Made by a program: the position numbers and the translations under genes. Of a stretch of DNA of 64,000 nucleotides, positions 1 to 10,216 are shown piece after piece. Each line of letters opens with the position of its first letter. Within the stretch, counting starts at the first letter, position 1. The notes below the pieces were generated by a model, which was not told where the DNA came from, made no database searches, and worked only from the letters and a program-made list of their open reading frames with translations. Origin of the DNA: an uncultured Verrucomicrobiae bacterium (GTDB taxonomy: Bacteria; Verrucomicrobiota; Verrucomicrobiia; Chthoniobacterales; Chthoniobacteraceae); assembly GCA_963828525.1 (NCBI GenBank), contig CAWHEP010000014.1:224001-288000 (forward strand), written 5' to 3'.

Positions 1-838
1 CTCGCCGCGCTTCGGCGGGGCGCCCTGCCCCTTCAAGAGGTTCGAAAAACTGTCCTGCCAGCGTGGAGGGCACCGTCCCGCTGATCCCGTACGCGGAGGG
101 CCAATGCTTCGGCAGCCAGGCTGTGCCGAAGACACGGTCGATCACCGGGAAAACGAACGCGAAGTTGTGGTCTCGATTCTCGTCGTTGGTGTGGTGCCAA
201 TGGTGAAAAGCGGGAGACGAGATCAGCCAGTCCAGCGGCCCGAGGCGTACCTTGATGTTGGCGTGGATAAAGAACGTCCAGATCGTCCCGAAGATAGCCA
301 CTATCGCCACCGCCGTATCGATATGCGGCCCAGTCGAGTAAGCCAGCCCCAGCAGATAAACCGGCGCCAGCCCCGAAAGACGCGTGAAAACCATATCGAC
401 TGGATGCGCGCGTGTGTTTACCAGCCAGTCGAGGTGCTCAGCGCTGTGGTGTATCGCGTGGAATCTCCAGAGGAGAGGGGACGCGTGGAGGGCGCGGTGC
501 CCCCAATAGGCTCCGATGTCATTTACGACAATCATGGCGAGCAGCCGGAGCCAGAGTGGCAACACCGCCATGTAGGAATAGAATCCTGCCGGATCAAGGC
601 CTCGCAGCCCCCGCGCGAGAAGAGCGAGGGGCACAGACAAAATCGCGGCTGGCAGCAGGCTGTTTATGAAATACCAGCCGAGATCCACCCCGATCTCTTT
701 GCGCCAGATTTTCGCTGGATGCACGGAGCATAAGCGCTCCAAAGGCACAAAGATGGCCACGAGTAACACAAGCCAAATCGCAAGTCGGCCGGCATCCACA
801 GCGAAGCCGTGGCCATACCGGAGCAGTTGGTGGATCAT
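1..838 (-). CDS. Sterol desaturase / fatty acid hydroxylase family protein (3' end runs off the window)
   Basis: Not in the ORF track. Manual translation from the ATG at 838 gives MIHQLLRYG...YWGHRALH...WRFHAIHHSAEHLDWL...HPVD...FIHANI...FHHWHH...NFA...IDRVFGT, the His boxes of the family, with no stop before base 1. Confidence 0.9.
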   Translation of the reverse strand, partial: MIHQLLRYGHGFAVDAGRLAIWLVLLVAIFVPLERLCSVHPAKIWRKEIGVDLGWYFINSLLPAAILSVPLALLARGLRGLDPAGFYSYMAVLPLWLRLLAMIVVNDIGAYWGHRALHASPLLWRFHAIHHSAEHLDWLVNTRAHPVDMVFTRLSGLAPVYLLGLAYSTGPHIDTAVAIVAIFGTIWTFFIHANIKVRLGPLDWLISSPAFHHWHHTNDENRDHNFAFVFPVIDRVFGTAWLPKHWPSAYGISGTVPSTLAGQFFEPLEGAGRPAEARR

Positions 839-859
839 TGGCGACCCTGAGGGCCTGCC

Positions 860-1672
860 TTAACGAAACGAGGCGCTATTGCCGCGCCTCCGCCGGACGG
901 CTTCAAGGATGATGCATCCCGCGCAGAAAACCGCGAACACAACCCAGTTCGTAAATTCCGGCACGACCTCCAGGTCAACGCCCGCGAGCAGTGAAAAAGG
1001 GGGCTGCCCATTCGGAGTACCCGCCGCCAAAAACGAGAGTGTCTCTGTGCCGCTCGTAGCCGTGTAGTCGAATTGCTGCTGCACCCACCCGGTAAAGCCC
1101 TTGGTGAGGTTGTTGACGACTGGAGTCGTGAAACTCTGGGCTCCCAAACTTACCTTCCAGTCCTCCGTGGTTGCTCCAGTAAATCCCTGCTGCTGCGCGC
1201 CCGCCCAGTAAAACTTTACGGAGTAGGTTTCTCCCACCGTCAAACCGGTGATAGTCTGCGTAATCGCGCCTACCTGGAAAGCGCCATCGCCAGCTATGAA
1301 ATTCCCCCCTGCCGGGCTTGTAGATGGCAGGCCGTTCGCGCTGCCATTATTCGGACCCCACATGTATGTGTTGCCATAGCCATTCGTATTGTATTCACCC
1401 GGCGCTTCTTTGGGCTGGCCCGCTGTCGCGCCCCCCTGTGTGCCAGCGTCCGCGGTGCCGGGCGCGTAAACGAAGTTGTATCCCGTGGTAGTCCAGTTCG
1501 GAACGGTTAGATACCCGGTCCCAAACTGGCCAAACGTCGTAGTGATCCCGGTCTGGGTGCCAGAATAAGCTGTAACGCCGAAATCACCATTCTGGGCCAG
1601 ATTCGCCGACGCGACCCTGGCCAGTCCGAAGACGAACAGGACAGCAAAAATGAGGTTTCTCGGCGTTGGCAT
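860..1672 (-). CDS. Secreted PEP-CTERM-type sorting-domain protein (VPEF variant)
   Basis: Signal peptide, NGDF start of a G/T-rich beta domain, and C-terminal VVPEF-TNW + transmembrane helix + RRRR. Confidence 0.85.
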   Translation of the reverse strand: MPTPRNLIFAVLFVFGLARVASANLAQNGDFGVTAYSGTQTGITTTFGQFGTGYLTVPNWTTTGYNFVYAPGTADAGTQGGATAGQPKEAPGEYNTNGYGNTYMWGPNNGSANGLPSTSPAGGNFIAGDGAFQVGAITQTITGLTVGETYSVKFYWAGAQQQGFTGATTEDWKVSLGAQSFTTPVVNNLTKGFTGWVQQQFDYTATSGTETLSFLAAGTPNGQPPFSLLAGVDLEVVPEFTNWVVFAVFCAGCIILEAVRRRRGNSASFR

Positions 1673-1775
1673 ACGGAGCTTTCAGCAATAGGCGTACCGA
1701 CCGCGCCCAAGGGAGATGCAAGTTCGTCCATCGTAGATGATTTTCACCGCCCCGCAAGCTACTTATTCTTCCGGA

Positions 1776-1898
1776 TGGCGACCCTAACGGGATTGATTCG
1801 GCCTGCGGCCTCACCCCTTCGTGGCTGCGCATGCGCGCAGTCTGTCTCGCTTTGCTCGGCTCGAACTTCGTTCGAATTCACCTTCGGTGATCGCTGAG
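1776..1898 (-). repeat. tRNA-linked repeat (rtT-like) ending in a copy of the tRNA 3' end with CCA
   Basis: 1776-1794 on the minus strand reads AATCCCGTTAGGGTCGCCA, the tRNA-Glu 3' end plus CCA. The spacer contains GTTCGA followed by short hairpins. Confidence 0.75.
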
Positions 1899-1971
1899 CG
1901 ACCCTAACGGGATTCGAACCCGTGTTACCGCCGTGAAAGGGCAGTGTCCTAGGCCACTGGACGATAGGGTC
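1899..1971 (-). tRNA. tRNA-Glu(TTC)
   Basis: GACCCTA acceptor stem pairs with TAGGGTC; anticodon loop CT-TTC-AC; T-arm GGTTCGAATCC. CCA is not encoded at this copy. Confidence 0.97.
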
Positions 1972-2131
1972 TTATCGAGTCAGGCGGTCGCAATATCCGG
2001 ATACGAGCCTGCCGTTGCAAGCAAAAACAACGTTCCGACGCGTCCCGCAATCACCTGGAATGAATTCGAACAGGTTCGAGCCGTGAAGTGAAACAGACAC
2101 TCCGCAGAAGTGCCGAAAGGGCGAAGCGCCC

Positions 2132-2530
2132 CTATGGGACGACGACCAGAACGCTCGTGAAGTGTTTTGGGTTCCGCGTGATCAGCCCTTGGAACCGTTT
2201 TGCGAAGGCTTCCACGAGCGCATCAGCCACCGGCCTCTTGCTCCCATGGCCGGCCCGTTTCCTTTTGACATGGTCTGCCCAGAGCTCGTGAGCGATTTCC
2301 GTGTCGCCTCGCGTCCAGGAAGTCAGCCATTCGACGCCGTTGCGCTCCAGGAATGCATCTTGGAGGCGCGCGTCACCCCTGAAGGCGGGCGCAAGTTCCA
2401 CATAGGTCACCGGAGCAATGGTCAGTCCGTCAGACAAGTGAGCCACCAGGCAATTTGCAGAAGCCAGCCCAAAATCCACATCGTTCATGCGGATGTCGAG
2501 CAATACGGACAAATCTACCACCCACGCCAT
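2132..2530 (-). CDS. vapC: PIN-domain (VapC-like) toxin
   Basis: MAWVVDLSVLLD...E...ADALV...LITRNPKHF PIN pattern; the ATG overlaps the antitoxin stop (TGATG). Confidence 0.85.
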   Translation of the reverse strand: MAWVVDLSVLLDIRMNDVDFGLASANCLVAHLSDGLTIAPVTYVELAPAFRGDARLQDAFLERNGVEWLTSWTRGDTEIAHELWADHVKRKRAGHGSKRPVADALVEAFAKRFQGLITRNPKHFTSVLVVVP

Positions 2531-2781
2531 CAGTCTTCCTCCCCTTCCCGCAAAAATTTCATCCATTCATCGGTGCGCCGGGTTTCCAGACCGTGCTCTT
2601 TGGCGAAGTTCAGCGCCGCGACTGGATCCGGCTCAACCTTTGGCGGAGGCAACACAATCACCCGGCATTCGGTCGCGGAAACCCTCTCCCAAATGACGGT
2701 TTGTCCCGTGTCAGGTGCATTTCCCGAAAGGAGTTCCGCTGGAATGGAGACGTGACCTCGCTCTGTTACCGTCGTTTTCAC
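2530..2781 (-). CDS. AbrB/MazE/SpoVT-family antitoxin
   Basis: KTTVTERGHVSIPAEL swapped-hairpin motif; 83 aa; translationally coupled to the PIN gene. Confidence 0.85.
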   Translation of the reverse strand: MKTTVTERGHVSIPAELLSGNAPDTGQTVIWERVSATECRVIVLPPPKVEPDPVAALNFAKEHGLETRRTDEWMKFLREGEED

Positions 2782-2919
2782 ATGACTTTTCTATCATGCG
2801 GTAGGTGACTGGCAACGGTCTCCAGCGATGGAATCGACGATTCGACGAATCATGCTCGGGCGCCAACCTGACGCACCGAATCGTAGAAACCGGTCGAAAA
2901 TTATCCCGCCCATGAACGC

Positions 2920-2953
2920 TTGACTGGGGGTATGCATGATAGATATTCTATCA
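2920..2953 (+). promoter_or_regulatory. Putative promoter with palindromic operator of the TA operon
   Basis: TTGACT at 2920 and TATTCT at 2944; perfect inverted repeat TGATAGA-TAT-TCTATCA (2937-2953) just before the ATG at 2956. Confidence 0.6.
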
Positions 2954-2955
2954 CA

Positions 2956-3198
2956 ATGAAAACCGCCACTGTCGCCGATTTGCGCAATAACTTTGCGACC
3001 GTTTCCAAGTGGATTCATGACGGGGAGGCCGTCACCATCACGAAACGTGGGATTGCCTTCGCGACGCTCGCCCCGGCGCGCAGGAGGAAGCCGGCCCCGC
3101 CGGTTGACCGTATGGCCCGCCTCCGCAAGATGTTCCCACACGGCCCCGCGAAAGGGAATGTTCAGAGTGTTCTTGATTACGATAGGGGAAACACTTGA
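2956..3198 (+). CDS. Phd/YefM (prevent-host-death) family antitoxin
   Basis: MKTATVADLRNNF...GEAVTITKRG...FATLAP; overlaps the downstream PIN gene. Confidence 0.85.
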   Translation: MKTATVADLRNNFATVSKWIHDGEAVTITKRGIAFATLAPARRRKPAPPVDRMARLRKMFPHGPAKGNVQSVLDYDRGNT

Positions 3199-3662
3199 GC
3201 GTCTATATCGATACCGGAATCCTCGTGAAAAGTTATGTCTTCGAAGAGGATTCGCCGGAGGCAATAGCCATCATTGAAGCGGCGGGCGATCCCCTGGCTT
3301 TCTCACACATCCACGAGTTGGAAATTCCAAACGCAATCCGCCTGAAGCGTTTCCGAGGCGAAATCACCAAGTCGGAGGAAGCGGCGGCGATCCGGGTCTT
3401 TCGCGCGGATGTTGATGCTGGACGGCTGGCGCGGCGCGAATACGACCTCGCGGAAGTATTCATCAAGGCAGAACGGCTTTCCGCGCAATATTCCGGAGAA
3501 ATCGGAAGCCGGAGCCTTGATGTCCTGCACGTAGCCGCGGCTTTGCAATGCGGTTGCGCGAGCTTGGCGTCTTTCGATGAACGGCAGCGGAAACTCGCTG
3601 TTCTTGCCGGGCTGAAACTGATCCCCGCGAAGAGAAAGAGACGATTGCATCTTGGCGCGTGA
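3195..3662 (+). CDS. vapC: VapC-family PIN toxin
   Basis: YIDTGILVK...E...RSLDVLHVAAA...SFDERQ motif. Confidence 0.9.
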   Translation: MSVYIDTGILVKSYVFEEDSPEAIAIIEAAGDPLAFSHIHELEIPNAIRLKRFRGEITKSEEAAAIRVFRADVDAGRLARREYDLAEVFIKAERLSAQYSGEIGSRSLDVLHVAAALQCGCASLASFDERQRKLAVLAGLKLIPAKRKRRLHLGA

Positions 3663-3742
3663 GTTGGAGACTCAAAAATTGAACCAATAATTGGGAAACC
3701 CCCGATGAGAGAATCCGTCTCATCCACGATCATTAAATCACC

Positions 3743-4645
3743 ATGAAACACGTCATCGCCTTTTCTCTCGCCTTCCTTGCCGGCGTCGGTCTCGTGCCGG
3801 CGCAAAAGGCGTCCAGCAAAAAGCTCACTTATGAGCACGACAACGCCGTTTGGGTCGCCAACATGGACGGCACATCACCGAAAAGAATCGCTCGGGGCCA
3901 GTCACCTGATTTTTCCCGGACGGAACCAAGCTCGCTTATAACACCGTCCAGGCTGATGGTCAGCCCGCGCATCGCCAGATCGCCATTCTCGATCTTGCTT
4001 CGAACCAAACGACGATGTTGAAGGATATTCCGAGCGATAATTGCATGGCTCCCACCTGGTCGCCCGACGGCAAACAACTGCTCTTCGATTTCTACGTCAA
4101 GGATGAGCGGCGCATCGGCTTGGTGAATGCGGACGGGACGGGTTTTCGCTACGTGCAGGAATCGGAACCGAAACATGCGAGTTACTGGAGTTCGGCATGG
4201 GCGGCGGACGGAAAATCGTTTTACGCCCAAGACATGGACAGCCTTTATAAGCTCGATCTCAACGCAAAGGTCCTCAAGAAATGGGCCATTGAGAAAATCG
4301 TGCCCCACGGCGGCATGAGCGGCGACATCCGCCTCGACGCCTCACCTGACGGCAAGTCGTTGCTCATGGACGTTGAGATGGACGAAAAAGCGCGGAAGGA
4401 TTGGGACGGGCCGCCGCCTTCCGTCTGGGCTGCTTGATCTTGCGGCTGAGAAAGCAACGCGCCTCACGCCGAAATCACTTTACGCGTGGGATTCCCATTG
4501 GTTGAACGCGCCCAACTCGATCCTGTTCATCAGCGAAAATCCGGGCAAAGAGAAAACGAACATTTACCGGATGTCCACGACAGAACAGGGCAAGGATCGC
4601 AAGTTGCTGGTCAAAGACGCTATCAGTCCTGGCACATCGCGGTAG
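3743..4645 (+). CDS. TolB-like / PD40 beta-propeller secreted protein (two apparent frameshifts)
   Basis: Signal peptide; PTWSPDGK, WAADGK and SPDGK repeats spread across ORFs 3743-4021, 4015-4437 and 4373-4645. Confidence 0.75.
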
Positions 4646-4787
4646 CGCCATCTTTAATTCTGAGCAAGCCAGCGCCTTTCCGGAGTGCCTCGTAAGAAAG
4701 AGCGTGCATACTGGCTGCGAGTATGATTGCCAAAAATCTTGGAGCGCAGTTACAGTCGAGCTGTCGATTCCTGGATCCCTGTGACCT

Positions 4788-5555
4788 ATGGCCAATAAGA
4801 TATTCGGCTCCCTCATAGTCCTGTTTGGTCTCGTCTGCCTGGGCTTCTGCCTTCATTATGTTAGCCAGGAAGTGCTGCTGGATGTGACAGGACGTTCCAC
4901 CACGGGCACAGTGACGGATAAGACCACTTCTGAAGACGAAAACCACAGCGTCTCCGATTACCTTAGCTACAGCTACCAGGACAGTAGCGGCAACACGCAC
5001 ACGTCCAACTCGGATGTTTTCGCGTCCATGTTTAACAGCGCGACGCGGGGCTCGCCGATCCCGGTGGTTTATTCCTCAGCTTATCCCTCCATCAGCCGCA
5101 TTCGCTCGGCAGGCGAGGGCTTTTTGCCCGGCGGCATGTTTGCGCTCATGGCCGGTTGTTTGCTGTGGTTCGGCCTCCGGACGCTCCTGCGTCAGATATA
5201 TTGGGACAACAAACTCGCCCGGCTAACAACCAGCGGCGAGCGGCGCACAGGCCGATTAGTCGCGCTGGAAGAAGACAAGGCCGAAGCCGCGGATGGCGAT
5301 AGCCCTCTCGTTTTGGTCTACGCCTTCACTGACAAGACCGGCCAGGAACGTACCGGTAAAACTGCACACGTGAGACCACGCGACCACGACTTCTGGAAAG
5401 GGCGAATCGGCTGCCCCTTGGACGTGCGGGTGAATCCCACTGATCACGCGGATCATATCGCTTTGGTGGAGGAGTCGAAGCTCTTGGGGTGTGGTGAGCG
5501 CGGCCTCCCTATTTCGCCAAAAGGGAACAGGGGTGAACGGCATCAACTTGACTGA
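4788..5555 (+). CDS. DUF3592-like membrane protein
   Basis: TM - TTGTVT...YSYQD..G...G..I.VVY...P - TM, followed by a second similar beta domain. Confidence 0.6.
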   Translation: MANKIFGSLIVLFGLVCLGFCLHYVSQEVLLDVTGRSTTGTVTDKTTSEDENHSVSDYLSYSYQDSSGNTHTSNSDVFASMFNSATRGSPIPVVYSSAYPSISRIRSAGEGFLPGGMFALMAGCLLWFGLRTLLRQIYWDNKLARLTTSGERRTGRLVALEEDKAEAADGDSPLVLVYAFTDKTGQERTGKTAHVRPRDHDFWKGRIGCPLDVRVNPTDHADHIALVEESKLLGCGERGLPISPKGNRGERHQLD

Positions 5556-5808
5556 ATCTTGCGCAGTGAAGCAAGCAATTCATCATCTTAACAGGCCTAT
5601 GCCAGCGCTAACGGTCGTGTGATTATGGAGCGATTTGATCGCGGCATAGCGAGCCGTTCTCGTGGCGCGAGTGCCACTGCGCGATATTATCAAATGGCGC
5701 AACTTGCCTGCCCTTCTCTTCCGGAGTCAGAATACTCCGACACTCGCTCAAGGTGTATTGCAAGAACCTCAAGGTAACCCGTTTGACCGAGCATCCTGAC
5801 CACCCCCA

Positions 5809-8566
5809 ATGAAACAGAAAACCATAGCGTCAAACGTCACAAAGCAATCCTGCTCACCGCCGCCCATCGCGCCTCCCATGCTATCCAAAGATCAACGAAT
5901 CATGCGACCATTAGGCGCGATGACCTTCATCGCGGGAGTCCTGTGGCTCCTCGTTAAGTTTGCGGGCCACGCGGCTGAGCCTGCCCAGGATTTCGGCGCT
6001 TATTACACGAAGATCGATCAGGGGCAGGCTTGGGAAGCCGCGTCGCGCGCCGGGAAATACGCGGATGTGGTCGCGCGGCTGGCGGCGGGGAAACTCATTT
6101 TCTCCCGCGGCACGAGTTATTTGCCGTATTGGGTCACCAGCAAAGGGCAGTGGTCGCTGCCGGAGATCGTCCCGCGCAGTGGCGACGGAGTAGAACCGAT
6201 GCCGGATCGGAACAACGTCTATTCCCACGCGGAGGTGCTCGCAAACACCCCGGCAAAGGTCGTCATCCACTGGCGCTACCTTTCAAGCTTCACCGGCGGC
6301 AACCCTCACGGGAACGTAGCGCTGGATCGCTTTGTTGATGAGCTTTTCACCATCACCCCCGATGGGAAAGTTACCCGCGTGATCAGGCAATGCGCGGATA
6401 GCCTGGACGATTGGAACGACCCGCTCAACCGGACAGTCCAGGTTCTGCAGCTGAACGCCGACGGGATTGTTGTAATCAGCAAAACAGAGCCTCGCCATTC
6501 CTCTGCGCCCGCTCACACCGTGGCCGGTCCTCCGCAGAAGCACCCGGTTGCGCCTCCTTCCTTGTGGTTCAGGTTCGATGAAGGAGCCGGCTCTGCGACG
6601 ACAGAGGCGGTCACCGGAACCGTCCTTCCCGTTACTGGGCCACACGTCCTGTGGAAGAAAGGCGTCTCTGGAACGGCTCTTGAGTTTGACGGCTACCATA
6701 GCGCGGTCGTGCTTCCCGCCTCCGCCGCGCCGAAACTCTCGGGCGGTAGCATAACCTTGGAGGGCTGGTTTGCGCTGGCCGCGTACCCCTGGAATTGGGC
6801 TCCTGTAATCCAGCAAGGCGATAACAAGGGTTACTTCCTGGGGATCGACAGCCATGGCTATCCCGGGTTCATGGTCGAAGTCAGCGGCAAGTGGCAGCAA
6901 CTTACGGTGACGGGAAAGCCGCCTTATACCGATCCGGATCACCTCGGATTATTCCGGTGGTATCAACTGGTCGGGACATACAATCAGCTCGATGGCATGA
7001 TGCGCTTGTTCGTGGATGGCCGCGAAATCGCCAGCAAGCAGGTAGGAACGACCGGGATCGAAACGGCCGATGCGGACGCGCGCGTCGGCAAGGCGGGTAT
7101 CATGCGAAAGCCAACCGAGGACACCCGTGGATCAAAGCCCAGTGATTTCGGGATCGACGGACTTCTTGATGAAATCCGGGTCTATAATACTGCCCTAAGC
7201 GCGTCTCAAGTCTCCGCCTCCTTTGCAGCGTTCAACCCCGGGTCAAAAATCGTTTCAGCGCCCGATATGCAAACTCGCCGATTTCCTTCCTTCGATACCG
7301 GCGGGAAATTCAGCGCGTCCTGCGCGCCGCCTGCCCTATTATGAGACGTGGGATGACCTCTGGCGCGTCGGCGACTTCCCCGATCTGGTGGTGGGATTCG
7401 ATGAGACTCCCATGAAATATGTTTTTTGGAGAGGCATGAGTTACATCCCGATGATGGTGAATGAGGCCAGCCAATGGTATACCAACGAGTTCAACGAAAC
7501 CGGGCTTAACAGAGAATCCCCGGGAGACTGCGAGCCGATGTCCGATAAGCCCTGCCTCGATTCGCACGTGCGGCTGATCGAAGACACTCCCGCCAGGAAA
7601 GTCGTCCACTGGCGCTATCGCCTGGCAAATCCAGATCATCGTTGGGCCTACTATGATGCCGCTTCCGGCTGGGGCGATATCGCGGATTGGTATTTCTACA
7701 TCTATCCGGATGGGGTGACCTGTAAACTCATGCGCTGTTACTCCTCCAAGCCCAACCTGTGGCACGAATGGGATGAACAGATCGTTGTCCTCAGCGAAGG
7801 GCAGCACCCGGAAAGCGTCATCAGAAAGACCCCCGTGATGACTCTCGTCGATGCCAAAGGGAACGCCGTCGATTACGACTGGAACCCCAATCCGCCAAAG
7901 CCCAGGTATCCCGGTTCCGTGATCCAGATGATCCATCTGACCGGACAGTATTCCCCTTTCAGCATACAAAAATTCGATCATGGCGATATCTATGGCGGCG
8001 AACGCACCTGGTATTCCGTCTTTCCTTCGTGGAACCACTGGCCGACCTCGCAGGTGGACTCGTCGGGTCGTAATGCCTCCTTCCCTGACCGCGCCGCCCA
8101 TTCTTCCATTTCTCATTACTTTTGGCCGAACGACCTTCAGGAATCCGGAAGCGCTCCCTTTCAGGAGAAGGTGCTGCTGGAAGGCATGTCCGATCAGCCC
8201 GCAGCCACGCTCATGGGCCTGGCCCGCTCCTGGTTGCAGGCGCCCGGCGTCACCGGAGTCTCTGGCGCGGCCAGCCAGGGCTACATCCAGAATGAAAGAG
8301 CCTACGCTTTCCTATATTCCGGCACTCCCTTCGGATTCACACTGGAGGCCTCAGCCGACCACCCAATCAACAACCTCTGCTTCCAGATCAAGCGCTGGCC
8401 CAGCCGGAGCGCTGCCGCTGCTCTCAAAATAAACCATGCGCCACAACCCGCCGGTCCAAACTTCAGGCAGGGCGTATACATCGATACCGATGGCAGCTAT
8501 ACCCTGGTTGTTTGGGTAGGGCTTTCTGCCGCCTCGTCGCAGACCTTCCAATTAAGCGAAAAGTGA
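5809..8566 (+). CDS. Large secreted protein with a LamG-like jellyroll domain (frameshift near 7330)
   Basis: WFRFDEGAG...ALEFDG...WYQLVGTYN...LFVDG...GLLDEIRVYNTALS; continues in ORF 7223-8566. Confidence 0.75.
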
Positions 8567-8720
8567 AGGCGAACAGCGTAAACTGCCTTCACTGAAACAA
8601 AATTCCGATGTCTGGCGACGAAGCTGAATCGTCCATGAACGGGGTGACCAACACACGCCCCCTGCAAACTCCTACAGCCTCATTTCCCTTGGCCCACGAA
8701 AGCAAGTGGGGAACACCACT

Positions 8721-9569
8721 ATGGAAATGAACATGTATGGCAGCGACTTGCTCAAACCGGCGGACAAGGCCCTCACTGCCGTCGCCGACGCCACCCTGAA
8801 GGAGGCTCCCCAGGCCCTTCTTAATACCCTCCATGGCACGCGCTTCGGGCATCCGCTCCACCCTGCGATCATAGCCGTGCCGCTTGGAGCATGGAGTGTG
8901 TCATCGCTGTTGGATTTATGGGAGGCGGCCACGGGCGACAAGACGTTTAGCCCCGGCGCGGACGCCGCTCTCGGCATTGGTCTTCTGGGTTCCATCGGGG
9001 CCGCTGCTACGGGGCTGAATGATTGGCGTCATACAGATGGCCAGGCCAGGCGCGTCGGCGCTCTCCACGGAATACTGAATGTTGTCTCGATCGGTCTCTT
9101 TGCCAACTCATGGGTCCTCCGCAGGCGGGGGAGCCGGTCAGCGGGTATTTGTTCCGCGCTTTCCGGCTTCGCGCTCTCTGGTCTCGCGGGCTGGCTGGGC
9201 GGTCACCTCGTTTCCCGGGAGCGCGTTGGTGTCGATCACGCCCAGCGCGAGGAGGTGAAACATTTTACAGCGGTGCTCGATGAACAGGAACTCGCCGAAA
9301 ACCAGATGCGACGCGCTGAGCTGAATGGAACCGCTATCCTGTTGGCGCGCCGCGATGGCAAGGTTTACGCCATCGGGGAGAAATGCTCCCATCTCGGTGG
9401 CCCATTGTCGGAGGGCAAGCTGGAGGGGGACGCGGTAGTCTGCCCATGGCACGGCTCCCGCTTTTCGCTGGACGATGGCAGGGTCATCGACGGCCCATCC
9501 GTGTTCGCGCAGCCCTGTTTTCAGACCCGGATTAGGGCGGGCAAGATTGAAGTGCGTTCAGCTCATTGA
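8721..9569 (+). CDS. DUF2231-type membrane domain fused to a Rieske [2Fe-2S] domain
   Basis: GHPLHP...PLGAW transmembrane domain; CSHLGGPL...CPWHGSRF Rieske motif. Confidence 0.9.
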   Translation: MEMNMYGSDLLKPADKALTAVADATLKEAPQALLNTLHGTRFGHPLHPAIIAVPLGAWSVSSLLDLWEAATGDKTFSPGADAALGIGLLGSIGAAATGLNDWRHTDGQARRVGALHGILNVVSIGLFANSWVLRRRGSRSAGICSALSGFALSGLAGWLGGHLVSRERVGVDHAQREEVKHFTAVLDEQELAENQMRRAELNGTAILLARRDGKVYAIGEKCSHLGGPLSEGKLEGDAVVCPWHGSRFSLDDGRVIDGPSVFAQPCFQTRIRAGKIEVRSAH

Positions 9570-9601
9570 AACGCCTTCGCCTTGCCGCTCGGCCGGTCGC
9601 C

Positions 9602-10216
9602 CTAGGCCCCCTGGTTCTCTTCGCCCTCGCGGATCTCGTACAATGAGTTCAGGATCAGATAGGCTCTGCGGTAGCATTTCTCGTAATCGCGGGCGGGCGC
9701 TGTGATCACGATTTGTAGCTGCTCCTTCTTGCTATAGTTTAGAAAGGTCACACTGCGTGTGATCTCACTGCCGTAAAAGTTGTAGGTAAATACGAACTGG
9801 TGGCTGGTCCATCCGTCGATCGTGATCGCCCCTGGCAGTTCCTTCTGAAATGCCTTCAACACTCCCGTGGGGATTGTGGCGCGCGCTGCCTCTTCGTATT
9901 GTTTTAAGCCCAGCGCGTCGAACCCGGTTGTGGGTCTGAAACGGGAATGCGTGACGCGCATCTCCTCCATCGGAAGATCCCCAAAGATATACAATGCTTC
10001 CGTCGGGCTTCCGCTTACGCTTGTCTTTGCGTCCACACGGAATCCCATCCGCTTGTCGCCGTCCTGGAAGTAGTAATTTCCTGCCGTTTGCATGATCGTC
10101 CCCCGCCGATGCGGATAGAGATCGAGAGCCCGGCAAGGAGCGCCTGCCGCAAGCAGCAGCGCAATCCAAACAATCACTGCCACCGGCTTCTTCATCGGCC
10201 TGTGGCCGCCCTTCAT
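9602..10216 (-). CDS. Secreted hypothetical protein, last gene of the pseudopilin cassette
   Basis: Start overlaps the upstream stop (TAATG; alternative start 10195); signal peptide MKKPVAVIVWIALLLAAG. Confidence 0.65.
   Translation of the reverse strand: MKGGHRPMKKPVAVIVWIALLLAAGAPCRALDLYPHRRGTIMQTAGNYYFQDGDKRMGFRVDAKTSVSGSPTEALYIFGDLPMEEMRVTHSRFRPTTGFDALGLKQYEEAARATIPTGVLKAFQKELPGAITIDGWTSHQFVFTYNFYGSEITRSVTFLNYSKKEQLQIVITAPARDYEKCYRRAYLILNSLYEIREGEENQGA

Noticed and set aside
104..733. 209-aa plus-strand ORF
   Set aside because: It is the antisense shadow of the minus-strand desaturase gene, which has clear family motifs.
1776..1794. attR of a prophage or integrative element at tRNA-Glu
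   Set aside because: The duplicate is only ~105 bp from the tRNA, and no integrase or phage genes are present in the window.
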